Both the position numbers and the translations under genes were made by a program. A DNA stretch of 63,245 nucleotides, counting the filler, from Octopus bimaculoides (lineage: Eukaryota): assembly GCF_001194135.2 (NCBI RefSeq). It is 4 parts of 3 records of this genome, joined end to end, with 100 filler letters (N's around TTAATTAATTAA, not from the genome) between each part and the next. Parts side by side here need not be neighbours in the genome. Positions count along the whole stretch, not along the records: positions 1 to 20,064 come from NC_068985.1; 3 more parts are not named here. One strand, 5' to 3'. The notes under the pieces were generated by a model. That model was not told where the DNA came from and made no database searches. It saw nothing but the letters and a program-made list of their open reading frames with translations. Shown one piece after another: positions 1 to 10,245 of the stretch. Each line of letters starts with the position of its first letter. Within the stretch, counting starts at the first letter, position 1.

Positions 1-183
1 TTTTTGTATTTTGCTAGGGCCGAAACTGCCCCTGGGGGCCAATTCCTGCCCTTGAAAATACATACAAATGAAGCCTAGGTGCTTCGCAACAAAATTATTA
101 AAAAATTCCAACAAAATGTGGACAATAAAAGGTCAAATAAATGTTTACCTTCGCAGCCGATGTGACAGCACGTCCGTGAGAAG

Positions 184-259
<76 letters not shown>
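184..259. repeat. (GATA)n microsatellite
   Basis: Perfect GATA tandem run. Confidence 0.98.
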
Positions 260-544
260 TGGCAGACAGACAGACTGGCAGGCGGAGAGACAGACAGTTT
301 TTTCTTCCTGCCACACTATATTCAAGAGACGGCTATGTTCATGCCTCATTTTTTCATTAATAATATTTTGATATTCCCTTAATATTCCTCCACTTTTCTT
401 TTGGAACCATAACGTTTTATGTCCATTAACTGTTCAGGAACTTCTGGGTTTCATCACGCAAATAAATTTTGGGAGTTTTGCAGTAAGTCGTCAGCGGTAA
501 TTTGAAAACTACGCAATAGTTAATTCCCAGTAGATTATGTGGTC

Positions 545-1070
545 TATTTACTAAAATTGCACTGCATCCTGTTTGTTTTGTATTTTGCTATAAGTATAGC
601 TTCCTCATAGAAACAATTTCCGTATTTAATCTCGTATTTGGTGGGGATGAGTTGTAGGGTGAACATTCTATATCGTATAGTAGTGCTGTCAACTAATGTT
701 TTTCTATTTAATTCTATTTCGTATTCGTGTGCTGTGATTATGAGTTGCAATGGCTCCTTGTTGTAAATGCATAGTCAACCGACAAGAAAATGGCGTACCC
801 AAATGTTCTATTTAATAGTGTGCGTCGTAAAATTTACAACTTTGATGTTCACACTGAACTTTCTAAATCATATTAGTACTTTAAGTATGTTTTGTGGTTT
901 GTAAATTCTGATTCCAACTTAATGAGAAAAATTTCCATTCTGGTATTTTTGCATTATATTCTACGATGTTTTGTGTTTAGGTCAGGTACATGCTGCGTTT
1001 TGTTGCATAAGATATTAATGACGTATTCATATATTCTGAAACCAAAGTGCATTCGGTTCACATGTTAAAA
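545..1070 (-). mobile_element. Penelope-like element relic 1 (GIY-YIG endonuclease region, frameshifted)
   Basis: Minus-strand frames read NMI*KVQCEHQSCKF...Y*IEHLGTPFSCRLTMHLQQGAIATH then ELNRKTLVDSTTIRYR...EEAILIAKYK. This parallels the PLE GIY-YIG pattern NVIYKFxC..C...YIGxT...LSRRLTMHL..GAI...EAILI. Heavily decayed. Confidence 0.6.
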
Positions 1071-2079
1071 TGTTTAAGCGTTTCTTGCATCTATGTGTGT
1101 ATGTATATGTGTGTGTATGTGTGTATAAGAATTTGTTCTGTTCTGTATTGTTCTTTAACTGAGTTTTCTAATTTTATTATTTTTTTTTATATCCACTAAC
1201 TATTGTCTGTTTCTTTCATAAGATTTACTTATTTGAAGTTTCTTTAGCAGATGAGAATTTAGAATTTTGTCTAAGTATGAATTTGACTACGGATATTTGG
1301 TTACCATGGTGACAGTCACAATTTCCATGTTTGTGTGTGCTTAGGTTCGTGTTTGTGGGTGTGTGTATGTGTGTGTGAGTGTTGCTTATACTAATGTGTT
1401 ACGTAGGTGTCGTTTCTTTCTCTTATAATTTTATCTAAGACAGCGGAGATTTTGAGAGCTGAATTTATGCTAGAGTTATGTTGGATGGAGACCATTTTCA
1501 TATCTATCAGCCTGTTCTTCAGTCTTATTATAATCTTCTGACATAAATCTCTGCGCCCGGTATGTTATGACAGGATGATGTCGTGCATATATATATATAT
1601 ATCATCGGGAATTTCAGTACAAATCACATGAAGTGATAAACAGAATAGAGGTCAAACAGCACAAGCATATCAAATATTCAACTTTATTATCGAGTGAGAA
1701 TACTTATATTTATAGATACAAATAAGCTATCATACGCCTTATAAAAATATATCTCAAAAGTAGAAGCCTAATCACTCACAAAGATAGATTCAAACATTTC
1801 CCATTGACTGGACAAACAATTTTGTTCATCATAAACGAAATGAAATTATTCCTCTACGATTCTTAAACGAGAGCGATATTGCATTCTTTACTCGGAGAAT
1901 AATCGTATCTCGCACGTGTTTTGGTTAATCTTCCTAATTCAAGCTTTCCTGGATAATTTAACCCGCATTTGTGTTACTAGTGACTTTTACACACACCAAG
2001 AGGCGCGCGTGTATGGAATTGCATCAACAGGGTATGTATGTATGTATGTATGTATGTATGTATGTATGTATGTATGTAT

Positions 2080-2296
2080 GGAAGGGAGTGTGATTCAGCA
2101 GGACTTAAACGGCACGCAAAGGTACATGGAGCCCAATTACAACAACAGCCAGCTATTGCCAGTAAGGGTTTTGGATGCCAACTCTGTGCAAGACGTTGTA
2201 GATCTTTGGCTGGGCTAAAAAGTCACATTCGATCACAGTACCGTTAAGTTAAGCTTCGTGCAATGGCCATACTCGATAACGAGGGGGCAGCCATCA
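2080..2296 (+). mobile_element. 3' end of an RTE-like LINE: C2H2 zinc-finger tail plus short 3' UTR
   Basis: GRECDSAGLKRHAKVH...CQLCARRCRSLAGLKSHIRS matches the terminal CxxCxRxCxSxxGLxSHxR motif of RTE-type ORFs; stop codon, ~50-bp UTR, then (TATG)n tail. Confidence 0.65.
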
Positions 2297-2678
2297 TGTA
2301 TGTACGTACGTACGTACGTATGTATGTATGTATGTATGTATGTATGTATGTATGTACGTGTGTGAGTGTGTGAGTGTGTATGTATGAGTGTATGTAGAAC
2401 ACTTTGTTCTGAAGCATACTTATGGTGGACTCTCCAGTAGCAAACAATGAATGAGAGTTCCACAACTTGCTATCTTTACTTTGAGCTTGAACTTGGAATT
2501 GGTTAGTACGTAAGAAACGTTTTATGGTGCTGACTGGCAATCTTGAGAAGGTTTACTCTTTCCTTTGTGAGAATTCCTTACACTTAGCCATATTTTTCTC
2601 TCTGTACGATATTTGCAAATGAAATTTGAGAGTGGCTTTTGGTTCCTAATTAGGCCTCCAAACGTGTGTATGTGTTTG

Positions 2679-2683
<5 letters not shown>

Positions 2684-2729
<46 letters not shown>

Positions 2730-2743
2730 GTGTGTGTGTGTGT
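2684..2743. repeat. (GT)n microsatellite
   Basis: Tandem GT run. Confidence 0.97.
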
Positions 2744-2923
2744 GAGTATACCTGCCTTACATTCTTTGTTTTAAATATATCTCAATATGATTCCTTTGTC
2801 TCTTCCATGTATTTCGTTTACTCTTCCCACTCTCCACCCTAATCGTGTCATATTTCTATCTTTCTTCCTCTATTCATCTATATCTATTCTTAAAATTGAT
2901 ATCTGATTCTTGCGTTGCGTATT

Positions 2924-3031
2924 GTTGCTGATGGTGGTGGAGCTGGTGGTGGTGCTAGTGCTGGTGATGCTGCTGGTGGTGGTGGTGGTGGTGATGCTGG
3001 TGATGATGGTGCTGGTGGTGGTGGTGGTGGT
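2924..3031. repeat. Degenerate (GGT/GCT)n trinucleotide repeat
   Basis: GGT-dominated low complexity. Confidence 0.9.
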
Positions 3032-3145
3032 AGGCGTGATAGTGATGGTACTGGTACCTTTGTTCGTTGCCATCATCACAGTCCAGCACAACCACCACAA
3101 CCATCATGTGTGTGTCCGAAATGCTTTGGAGATCAGTTTCTACCA

Positions 3146-3340
3146 GTGTTTGTTCTCCCACCACCACCACATAACAACCGGTGTTGTCGTGTTTACATCC
3201 CCGTAACATGGCCGTTCGACAAAGAGATCGATAGAATAAGTACCAGGCTTCAGAAAGAAAGCACCGGGGTCGATTCATTCGACCGAAATTTTTTTAAGGC
3301 GGTGCTCCAGCATGGCCGCAATCCAACAAGTAGTAGATAA
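3146..3340 (+). mobile_element. SINE family B, 3' half
   Basis: GTTTACATCCCCGTAAC...GATAGAATAAGTACCAGGCTT...GGCGGTGCTCCAGCATGGCCGCA aligns with the 3' half of the full copy at 26110-26510. Confidence 0.85.
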
Positions 3341-3353
3341 AAGTTCACAAACA

Positions 3354-4160
3354 CTACTACCACCGAGATCACACTATCTTCGTCACTACAATCACTTGCA
3401 CGACCATCATACAACCTCTGCCACCAACACTGCCTCCATAATCGTCACCACAACTGCTATACCGCTACCAACGCCACTCTCCGACGTCACTAACACCACT
3501 GCCACCACTAGCACAGCCACAACCACTACCATTAAAACTATCATATTCACTACAACCAACACCACCACTTCAGCCACCACCGCACCACCATCAGAATCAT
3601 CATTACTACAACAATTGCAACTACAACCGTCAGCATCACTACTGCCAACACTACTACCAATTCCACTACAACCACTACCACTACAACCACCACCACTACA
3701 ACCACCACCACTACAACTACCACCACCACAACCATCTATACCACCACCTCAGCTACTACTGTTCCCACTACAATTATCCCTAATAACACTATCACCACGA
3801 CAACCACCACCCCAATATCACTATCACCAACACATCCACAAGTCACTACCACTATCACCACATGTACCAACGCCACCACCACTACCACTAACACTACCAC
3901 CTTCTCACACCACCATCACCACTACCAACACCACTACTACTACTGTCAATGCAAACATCACCATTATGTCTAATAGCGTTAACACTACCACCTCTACAAC
4001 TACCACTAGCACCAGCACCATTATTGGAAGCTCCACTACTATTAACTCCACCACTACCACCACTAACACCAACACCACCACTAATACCAACACCACTACC
4101 ACTCTCGCCGCTATAATCACCCCCTCTCACCAACACTATCGGCACCACCACCACCATCAC
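3354..4160. repeat. ~800-bp degenerate (ACC/ACT)n trinucleotide array
   Basis: C/A-rich triplet periodicity; source of the Thr/Pro/Leu-rich ORF 3312-4256. Confidence 0.9.
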
Positions 4161-4253
4161 GATCTCTTGTCAGTGACCTCCAAACTGTTCGGATACACCA
4201 CCCTATTTTCCCAACTCGGACCGTTTATGTTCGGAAATTCACTGAAGGCAGGA

Positions 4254-4283
4254 TGACATCATCGTCACGTCATAATGACGTCA
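4254..4283. promoter_or_regulatory. Cluster of three CRE/ATF-like sites
   Basis: TGACATCA (4254), TCACGTCA (4265) and perfect TGACGTCA (4276) at exact 11-bp spacing; function unproven. Confidence 0.3.
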
Positions 4284-4430
4284 TCTTCCTACGCAGCTCT
4301 ACCGTACCGCGCACTTCTATCCAGTCTTTATCGACTCGCTGATTTCTATTTTTTCTCTTTATTTTTTTTGTTTTTAATTGTCTTTTATTGGCAGAAATAG
4401 AAATGTAGGAGGAGTGGGAGGAATGATGGA

Positions 4431-4431
<1 letters not shown>

Positions 4432-4461
<30 letters not shown>

Positions 4462-4481
4462 AAGAAGAAGAAGAAGAAGAA

Positions 4482-4513
<32 letters not shown>

Positions 4514-4790
4514 AGAAGAAAGATATAGGGAGGATATGTGGAGAAAGAAGGGAGGGGAGGATATGTGGAGAAGAAGAAGAAGAAGAAGAAGAAGAAGAAG
4601 AAGGGAAAGATATAGGGAGGATATGTGGAGAAAGAGGGGAGGGAAGGATATGTGGAGAAGGGGGGAAGAAGAAGAAGAAGAAGAAGAAGAAGAAGAAGAA
4701 GAAGGAGAAGAAGGAGGAGGAGGAGGAGGAGGAGAAGAAGAAGAAGAAGAAGAAGAAGAAGAAGAAGAAGAAGAAGAAGAAGAAGAAGGG
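4432..4790. repeat. (AAG/GAG)n purine tract with an internally duplicated GATATAGGGAGGATATGTGGAGAAAG block
   Basis: Near-pure purine strand; the block occurs at ~4522 and ~4609. Confidence 0.92.
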
Positions 4791-5354
4791 TAGAGGTAGG
4801 TGTTTAGAGAAGTGCTTGGTAGGTGGCGCCGTGCAGTGGCCAGTTTGTGAAGTGTATAATAATAAATAACAATGACGCTTGCTCTATTAATAAAGTATAT
4901 TGTCACTAACNNNNNNNNNNNNNNNNNNNNNNNNNNNNNNNNNNNNNNNNNNNNNNNNNNNNNNNNNNNNNNNNNNNNNNNNNNNNNNNNNNNNNNNNNN
5001 NNNNNNNNNNNNNNNNNNNNNNNNNNNNNNNNNNNNNNNNNNNNNNNNNNNNNNNNNNNNNNNNNNNNNNNNNNNNNNNNNNNNNNNNNNNNNNNNNNNN
5101 NNNNNNNNNNNNNNNNNNNNNNNNNNNNNNNNNNNNNNNNNNNNNNNNNNNNNNNNNNNNNNNNNNNNNNNNNNNNNNNNNNNNNNNNNNNNNNNNNNNN
5201 NNNNNNNNNNNNNNNNNNNNNNNNNNNNNNNNNNNNNNNNNNNNNNNNNNNNNNNNNNNNNNNNNNNNNNNNNNNNNNNNNNNNNNNNNNNNNNNNNNNN
5301 NNNNTATATACATATATATATATGTATGTATGTATATATGTATATATACATATA

Positions 5355-5575
5355 TTCTTTTATTTTTATTTGTTTCAGTCATTTGACTGGGACTGTACTG
5401 AAGCACCGCCTTTAGCCGAGCAAATTGACGCCAAAAATTATTATTTTCTAGCCGAGTACTTATTCTGTCGGTCTGTTCTGCCGAACCGCTAAGTTACAGG
5501 GACGTAAACACACCAGCATCGGTTGTCAAGTGATGTTGGGGGGACAAACACAGACACACAAACTCACACACATGC
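5355..5575 (-). mobile_element. SINE family B, 3' half
   Basis: TTGTTTCAGTCATTTGACTG...GCCGAACCGCTAAGTTACAGGGACGTAAACACACCAGCATCGGTTGTCAAG is the reverse complement of the 3' half of 26110-26510. Confidence 0.9.
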
Positions 5576-5610
5576 ATACACACACACACACAGATACGAT
5601 AGGCTTTGAG

Positions 5611-5649
<39 letters not shown>

Positions 5650-6167
5650 ATATATGTGCGTGTGTGTGTGTACACTTACGTAACACATACATACATATAT
5701 ACATACATACATATATCATACATACACACATACATTGCATTGAATTATGTATATATATATATATGGTAGGTGTGATAGTGCTGGTACTGGTTCTTTTGTT
5801 TGTTGCCATCATCACAATCGCCGCCGCGACCACCACAACTATCATATATCCGAAATGCTTTGGAAATCAGTTTCTACCACCAGCACCACCGCAACCACTA
5901 TCGCCCACACAACCAAATGCGTTGTGGTAATTTTTCCGGTTCCATATTCTCTGATATACATACATACACAGTTTGTACGTGCGTGGTGAGGAACACTGAA
6001 TCATACTGGAATAGGACTCGGATCAATGAGAACTTAAATTCCACCTCGTCCTCCATCTCTGCTGGATGCCTCCGGTGTAGATAAGCATAAATAGGCTTGA
6101 TGAGTATATCTACATGGTATACAAAATTACATACATACATACGTGCATACATACATACATACATACA

Positions 6168-6199
<32 letters not shown>

Positions 6200-6906
6200 C
6201 ACTTTTCCCTCGATTTACGACCTTGTTTCTTTCCGACTGACAAGTCGTAAGTCGGTCCGGTCGTATGTCAGATTCATATTTTTCAGCACTATTTTCACTC
6301 ATNNNNNNNNNNNNNNNNNNNNNNNNNNNNNNNNNNNNNNNNNNNNNNNNNNNNNNNNNNNNNNNNNNNNNNNNNNNNNNNNNNNNNNNNNNNNNNNNNN
6401 NNNNNNNNNNNNNNNNNNNNNNNNNNNNNNNNNNNNNNNNNNNNNNNNNNNNNNNNNNNNNNNNNNNNNNNNNNNNNNNNNNNNNNNNNNNNNNNNNNNN
6501 NNNNNNNNNNNNNNNNNNNNNNNNNNNNNNNNNNNNNNNNNNNNNNNNNNNNNNNNNNNNNNNNNNNNNNNNNNNNNNNNNNNNNNNNNNNNNNNNNNNN
6601 NNNNNNNNNNNNNNNNNNNNNNNNNNNNNNNNNNNNNNNNNNNNNNNNNNNNNNNNNNNNNNNNNNNNNNNNNNNNNNNNNNNNNNNNNNNNNNNNNNNN
6701 NNNNNNNNNNNNNNNNNNNNNNNNNNNNNNNNNNNNNNNNNNNNNNNNNNNNNNNNNNNNNNNNNNNNNNNNNNNNNNNNNNNNNNNNNNNNNNNNNNNN
6801 NNNNNNNNNNNNNNNNNNNNNNNNNNNNNNNNNNNNNNNNNNNNNNNNNNNNNNTATATATATATATATATATATATATCTGGCCATTGAAAATTCCTAT
6901 GAAAAT

Positions 6907-6965
6907 ATAACTGAAGAGATGGCGGCGTGGGTTTCCGCCCCGGCATCCGAAACTCTGAGTTTTAT
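6907..6965 (+). ncRNA. Type I hammerhead-ribozyme-like motif
   Basis: ATAA-CTGAAGA-[GATG..GCGG/CCGC..CATC]C-GAAA-CT(CTG)AG-TT-TTAT: intact core, 4-bp A-U stem I, one unpaired C at the stem II base, GUU triplet. Confidence 0.5.
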
Positions 6966-7130
6966 TATGGCTACCGAATAAGTGTCACATATTTTTGCAG
7001 ATAAATTCCTCTATTTACATAATATCGAGGTCTCTTTCTTTCTTCTTTTGTTGTCTTTTCTATATATATATATATGAGTGAGTGGAAAAACGAAAGAAAA
7101 GAGCACTCAACACATTTAGTAAGAGTTACG

Positions 7131-7306
7131 TATATTACTTAAAACAGTTTTATTCGGTTCCGCGTTACTTCAAGTTTCGCAGACCTCTAACGGGAGCTCG
7201 ACTCCTTCATTCAGCATTCCAGAAGCCTGAAGTAGTCGAGTTCCTGTTAAGAACCTGTGAAACTTGAGGGGGCACAGAACCGAATCAAACTGTTTCAAAT
7301 AATATA
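7131..7306. mobile_element. ~175-bp fold-back element (MITE-like)
   Basis: Arms pair: TATATTA/TAATATA, AAACAGTTT/AAACTGTTT, ATTCGGTTC/GAACCGAAT, TCAAGTTTCGCAG/CTGTGAAACTTGA, TAACGGGAGCTCGACT/AGTCGAGTTCCTGTTA. The two opposite-strand ORFs here translate to near-identical peptides. Confidence 0.8.
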
Positions 7307-7419
7307 TGCATGCATGCACACATACACATACACGGACGCACGCACACATACACATTCACACACACACGCATGCACACACACACAGATATATATATATATA
7401 TACATGTTTCTTTGAGTAT

Positions 7420-7760
7420 ACTTCTTTACCTTGCGGTCCCAGGTTCGAGTCCATCCATTGTACATCACCTTAGGCTAGTATCATAAACTAGAACTTCGAG
7501 TCAATCGAAGCCTCATGAATACAAATTGAGACAAAGAGAAACTGTATGGACCCTAATGGATAGATGTGTTTTAGAGTGATAGACCTTATCCGGTTTACCT
7601 CGAAGCGGCCAAAGGGGTTAAATCTGACGGAAGTGTTAGAGCATCAGAAAAAGTGCCTAGTGGTAATTTTTCCGGTTTTACATTCCAAACCACTCGAAAT
7701 TCAACTGTGCTTTTCATCCTTTTGGGGTCTCAGTTATAGGGTTAATCATGTTTTTGTATC
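7420..7760 (+). mobile_element. Two decayed SINE fragments (family B head, then family A)
   Basis: CCCAGGTTCGAGTCC B-box followed by a CACCTTAGGC CORE-like remnant; then CTGTGCTTTTCATCCTTTTGGGGTC family-A central block. Confidence 0.55.
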
Positions 7761-7926
7761 TCACTTTCTCTTTCTCTCTCTCCCCTCTATCTCTATCCCT
7801 CTGTCAGCCTCTTTAAACCCTCATTCTGTCTTTCTCCCTCTCTCTCCCTCACGCACACACTCTCACTTTTCTATCTCCACCTCCTTCTTTCTCCTTCCGT
7901 CTCCCTTTCTGTCTCTCTTTTTCCCT

Positions 7927-7966
<40 letters not shown>

Positions 7967-8045
7967 ACTCCCTACCACCACCACATACTTCAATATAATA
8001 CGAGATATATCGCAAGTCAGTAAGTCGCGCCTCCCCTTCTAGTGT

Positions 8046-8093
8046 CTGATGCTGATGAGGAGATATCTAATCCGAAATTAATGCATCTAACAG
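8046..8093 (+). ncRNA. Type I hammerhead-ribozyme-like motif
   Basis: CTGATG-CTGATGA-GGA(9 nt)TCC-GAAA-TTAATGCATC-TAACAG: intact core, stem I 5/6 paired, AUC triplet. Confidence 0.5.
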
Positions 8094-8142
8094 TCTGGCT
8101 AGGAGACATTTCGGACTGACTTGGTGTGCTTACACCCCACCC

Positions 8143-8198
<56 letters not shown>

Positions 8199-8236
8199 GT
8201 GGATTTGAAAATGCAGAAGTCTTTTAAAGATGTTTA

Positions 8237-8284
8237 TTGACTTTACCGGTTTCACTTTTTTAGAAAAACATTATCAAAAGTAAA
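8237..8284 (-). ncRNA. Decayed minimal HHR at the distal 3' end of PLE relic 2
   Basis: Minus strand ACTT-TTGATAA-T-[GTTTTT..AAAAGT]-GAAA-CCGGTA-AAGT: palindromic ACCGGT stem III, GUA triplet, two core substitutions. Confidence 0.5.
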
Positions 8285-10245
8285 ATGCAAAGCTCTGTGT
8301 AACCTTTGTTGTGTTAAAAATTCGTTATCATTGTTGTATTGAAATACAGTTATACAGTTTTTGACTATGATAAGAAAATATTAAGAGGGGCTTTTTGTTT
8401 AAACAGTTTACATGAAAGTGTTCAAAATAGATAGTAAAATAAATTTATAATAAAAGTACATAAAAAATCATGATTGTATGGAAAGAATCATATTTAAGTA
8501 TTTATACAGAATTTTAAGGGAATGACCAACCTTTTCTTCCTTCATCTCCAGTCTTGTAATGTGTATTCAATGGATGTTTGCTACTTTTAGAAATAGTGTG
8601 GGAGGATTGTTGGTGGTGTGTCTCTGTCTGTGTATGTTTGTAGTGTTATAATTTATTTGTATTGTTTGTACAGTGTGTGTATAGTGTGGGTGTTTGTATG
8701 AGTGTGTCTTGTATTTGTCAGGGTGGTGTGTGTTATTGTGTGTGTGTGCTTGTGTGTGTCTATATGCGTGTATGTGTGTGTCTGTGAGTGTTTGTTGTGA
8801 TTGTTGGGATTGTATTGCGTGTATATATATGTGTGTGTGTGTGTGTGCGTGTGTCTTTTTTTAAATGTGTGTGATTTTTACTGGGGAAACAGGCATATTG
8901 TGCTTGTGTGTGTGTACGTATGTGTGTAAATATGCGTGTGTGTGTGGGGGGTTGTATTTGCGTGTTTGTGCGTGAATCTCTGTATGTGTGGGTGTGTTTG
9001 TGTGAGTACGTCTTGTAATTGTCAGGGCGGTGTGTGCATATACGTGTTTACGCATGTTTGTATGTATGTGTGTATGTGGGTGCTGGTTGTGATTGCTAGA
9101 ATCGTATTGCATGTGTATATATGTGTTTTTTTCCTGGAATAGGTGTGGGTTTGTGCTCAAGCGTGGAGATATTGCGTTTGTGCGTGTGTGTATGTATGTG
9201 CGTGTTTGTGTGGGAGGTTTGCATTGTATTTGTGTGTATTTGTACATTTGTGTGTTTCTCTGTGTGTTTGTTGTGGATGTGTACCTGGGGGGGGTTATGT
9301 TAGCGTATGCTGAGTTGTGATCTGTATTTTTGAATAAGTATATTTTACTTATTTATTCATGTTTGGTCAGTGGTGCTATCTGGGCACTGGTACAGTGGGA
9401 AAACTAGGAATTTGGGGCACTTGTTTTGTGCACAAAGATCTAAGTGGTGCCTGTCTTGAGGTGGGGGTCCATCAATTTTTGGCGGTGGACTGTCATTCTA
9501 TCTCTGAGGGTTAGACTAGTCTGCCCTATGTAGTCTTTGTGGAACCCTTCCCACCTTATGGCATAAAGTAATTTTTTTTGATGCGCTGGTGAAGTTATTT
9601 TTTACAACAAAAGTGTGTCCTGACTGGAATTTGTATATTGTTCCTTCAATAAGGTTAGAGCGACCACATTTTTTGACGGTGAGTGTTGGGTAATTTTGCA
9701 TTGGTAAGTTTCTTGGGATTTGGGTTGTCTCTTGCTTTTTGTTATTTTATGGGTTTCGAGTGCTTTTTTAGACGTGGGTCTCGACTCAGTAGTGGGATGT
9801 TCTTGTATATAATAGTGTATGCTTCTGTATTTTTTGGATTGTGTGTTGAGAGATATGGAAGACTATTTAATGTACCTCGAGTGTGTATCGGTTTTCGTAA
9901 GTCTTGGATATCGATTATCTTGGCTCGTTCTATTCCATTGTAAACTAATGATGCTGGGTACTGTCTTTCGAGAAGAATTGCCTTTAGTTCTTGGAGTCTG
10001 TTATTTCGCGTTCTATAATTTGAGATAATTGTACAGATTTTTCTTGCTAGATTGAAGGGGATGTTTGTCTTCATGTGTTTTGGGTGATTGGAGGTGAACA
10101 GGAGGTATTGTTTGGAATCAGCTGGTTTGTAGTGGATATCAGTTTCAATGCTGGTACCTTTTTTATAATAAGAATGTCTAGAAATGGAAGTTGGTCTTGA
10201 CTATATTCCATTGTAAATTGGCTAAGGTTGTTGACACTGTTGAAT
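8237..10245 (-). mobile_element. Penelope-like element relic 2: 5'-truncated RT C-terminus, GIY-YIG endonuclease and ~1.1-kb 3' UTR
   Basis: FTMEYSQDQLPFLDILI, YKPTDSKQYLLFTSNHPKHMKTNIPFNLARKIC, LPYLSTHNP, KCGRSN, KDYIGQTSLTLRDRMTVHRQ and HLDLCAQNK...FLVFPLYQC on the minus strand, with frameshifts and stops. Confidence 0.93.

Noticed and set aside
2480-2610. Possible Tc1 N-terminus (MAKCKEFSQ..PVSTIKRFL) on the minus strand
   Set aside because: Too short and frameshifted to distinguish from chance.
3312-4906. Mucin-like Thr/Pro-rich ORF (314 aa) and poly-K/E/R/S ORFs
   Set aside because: Trinucleotide arrays lacking stops in several frames on both strands; no domain or splice evidence.
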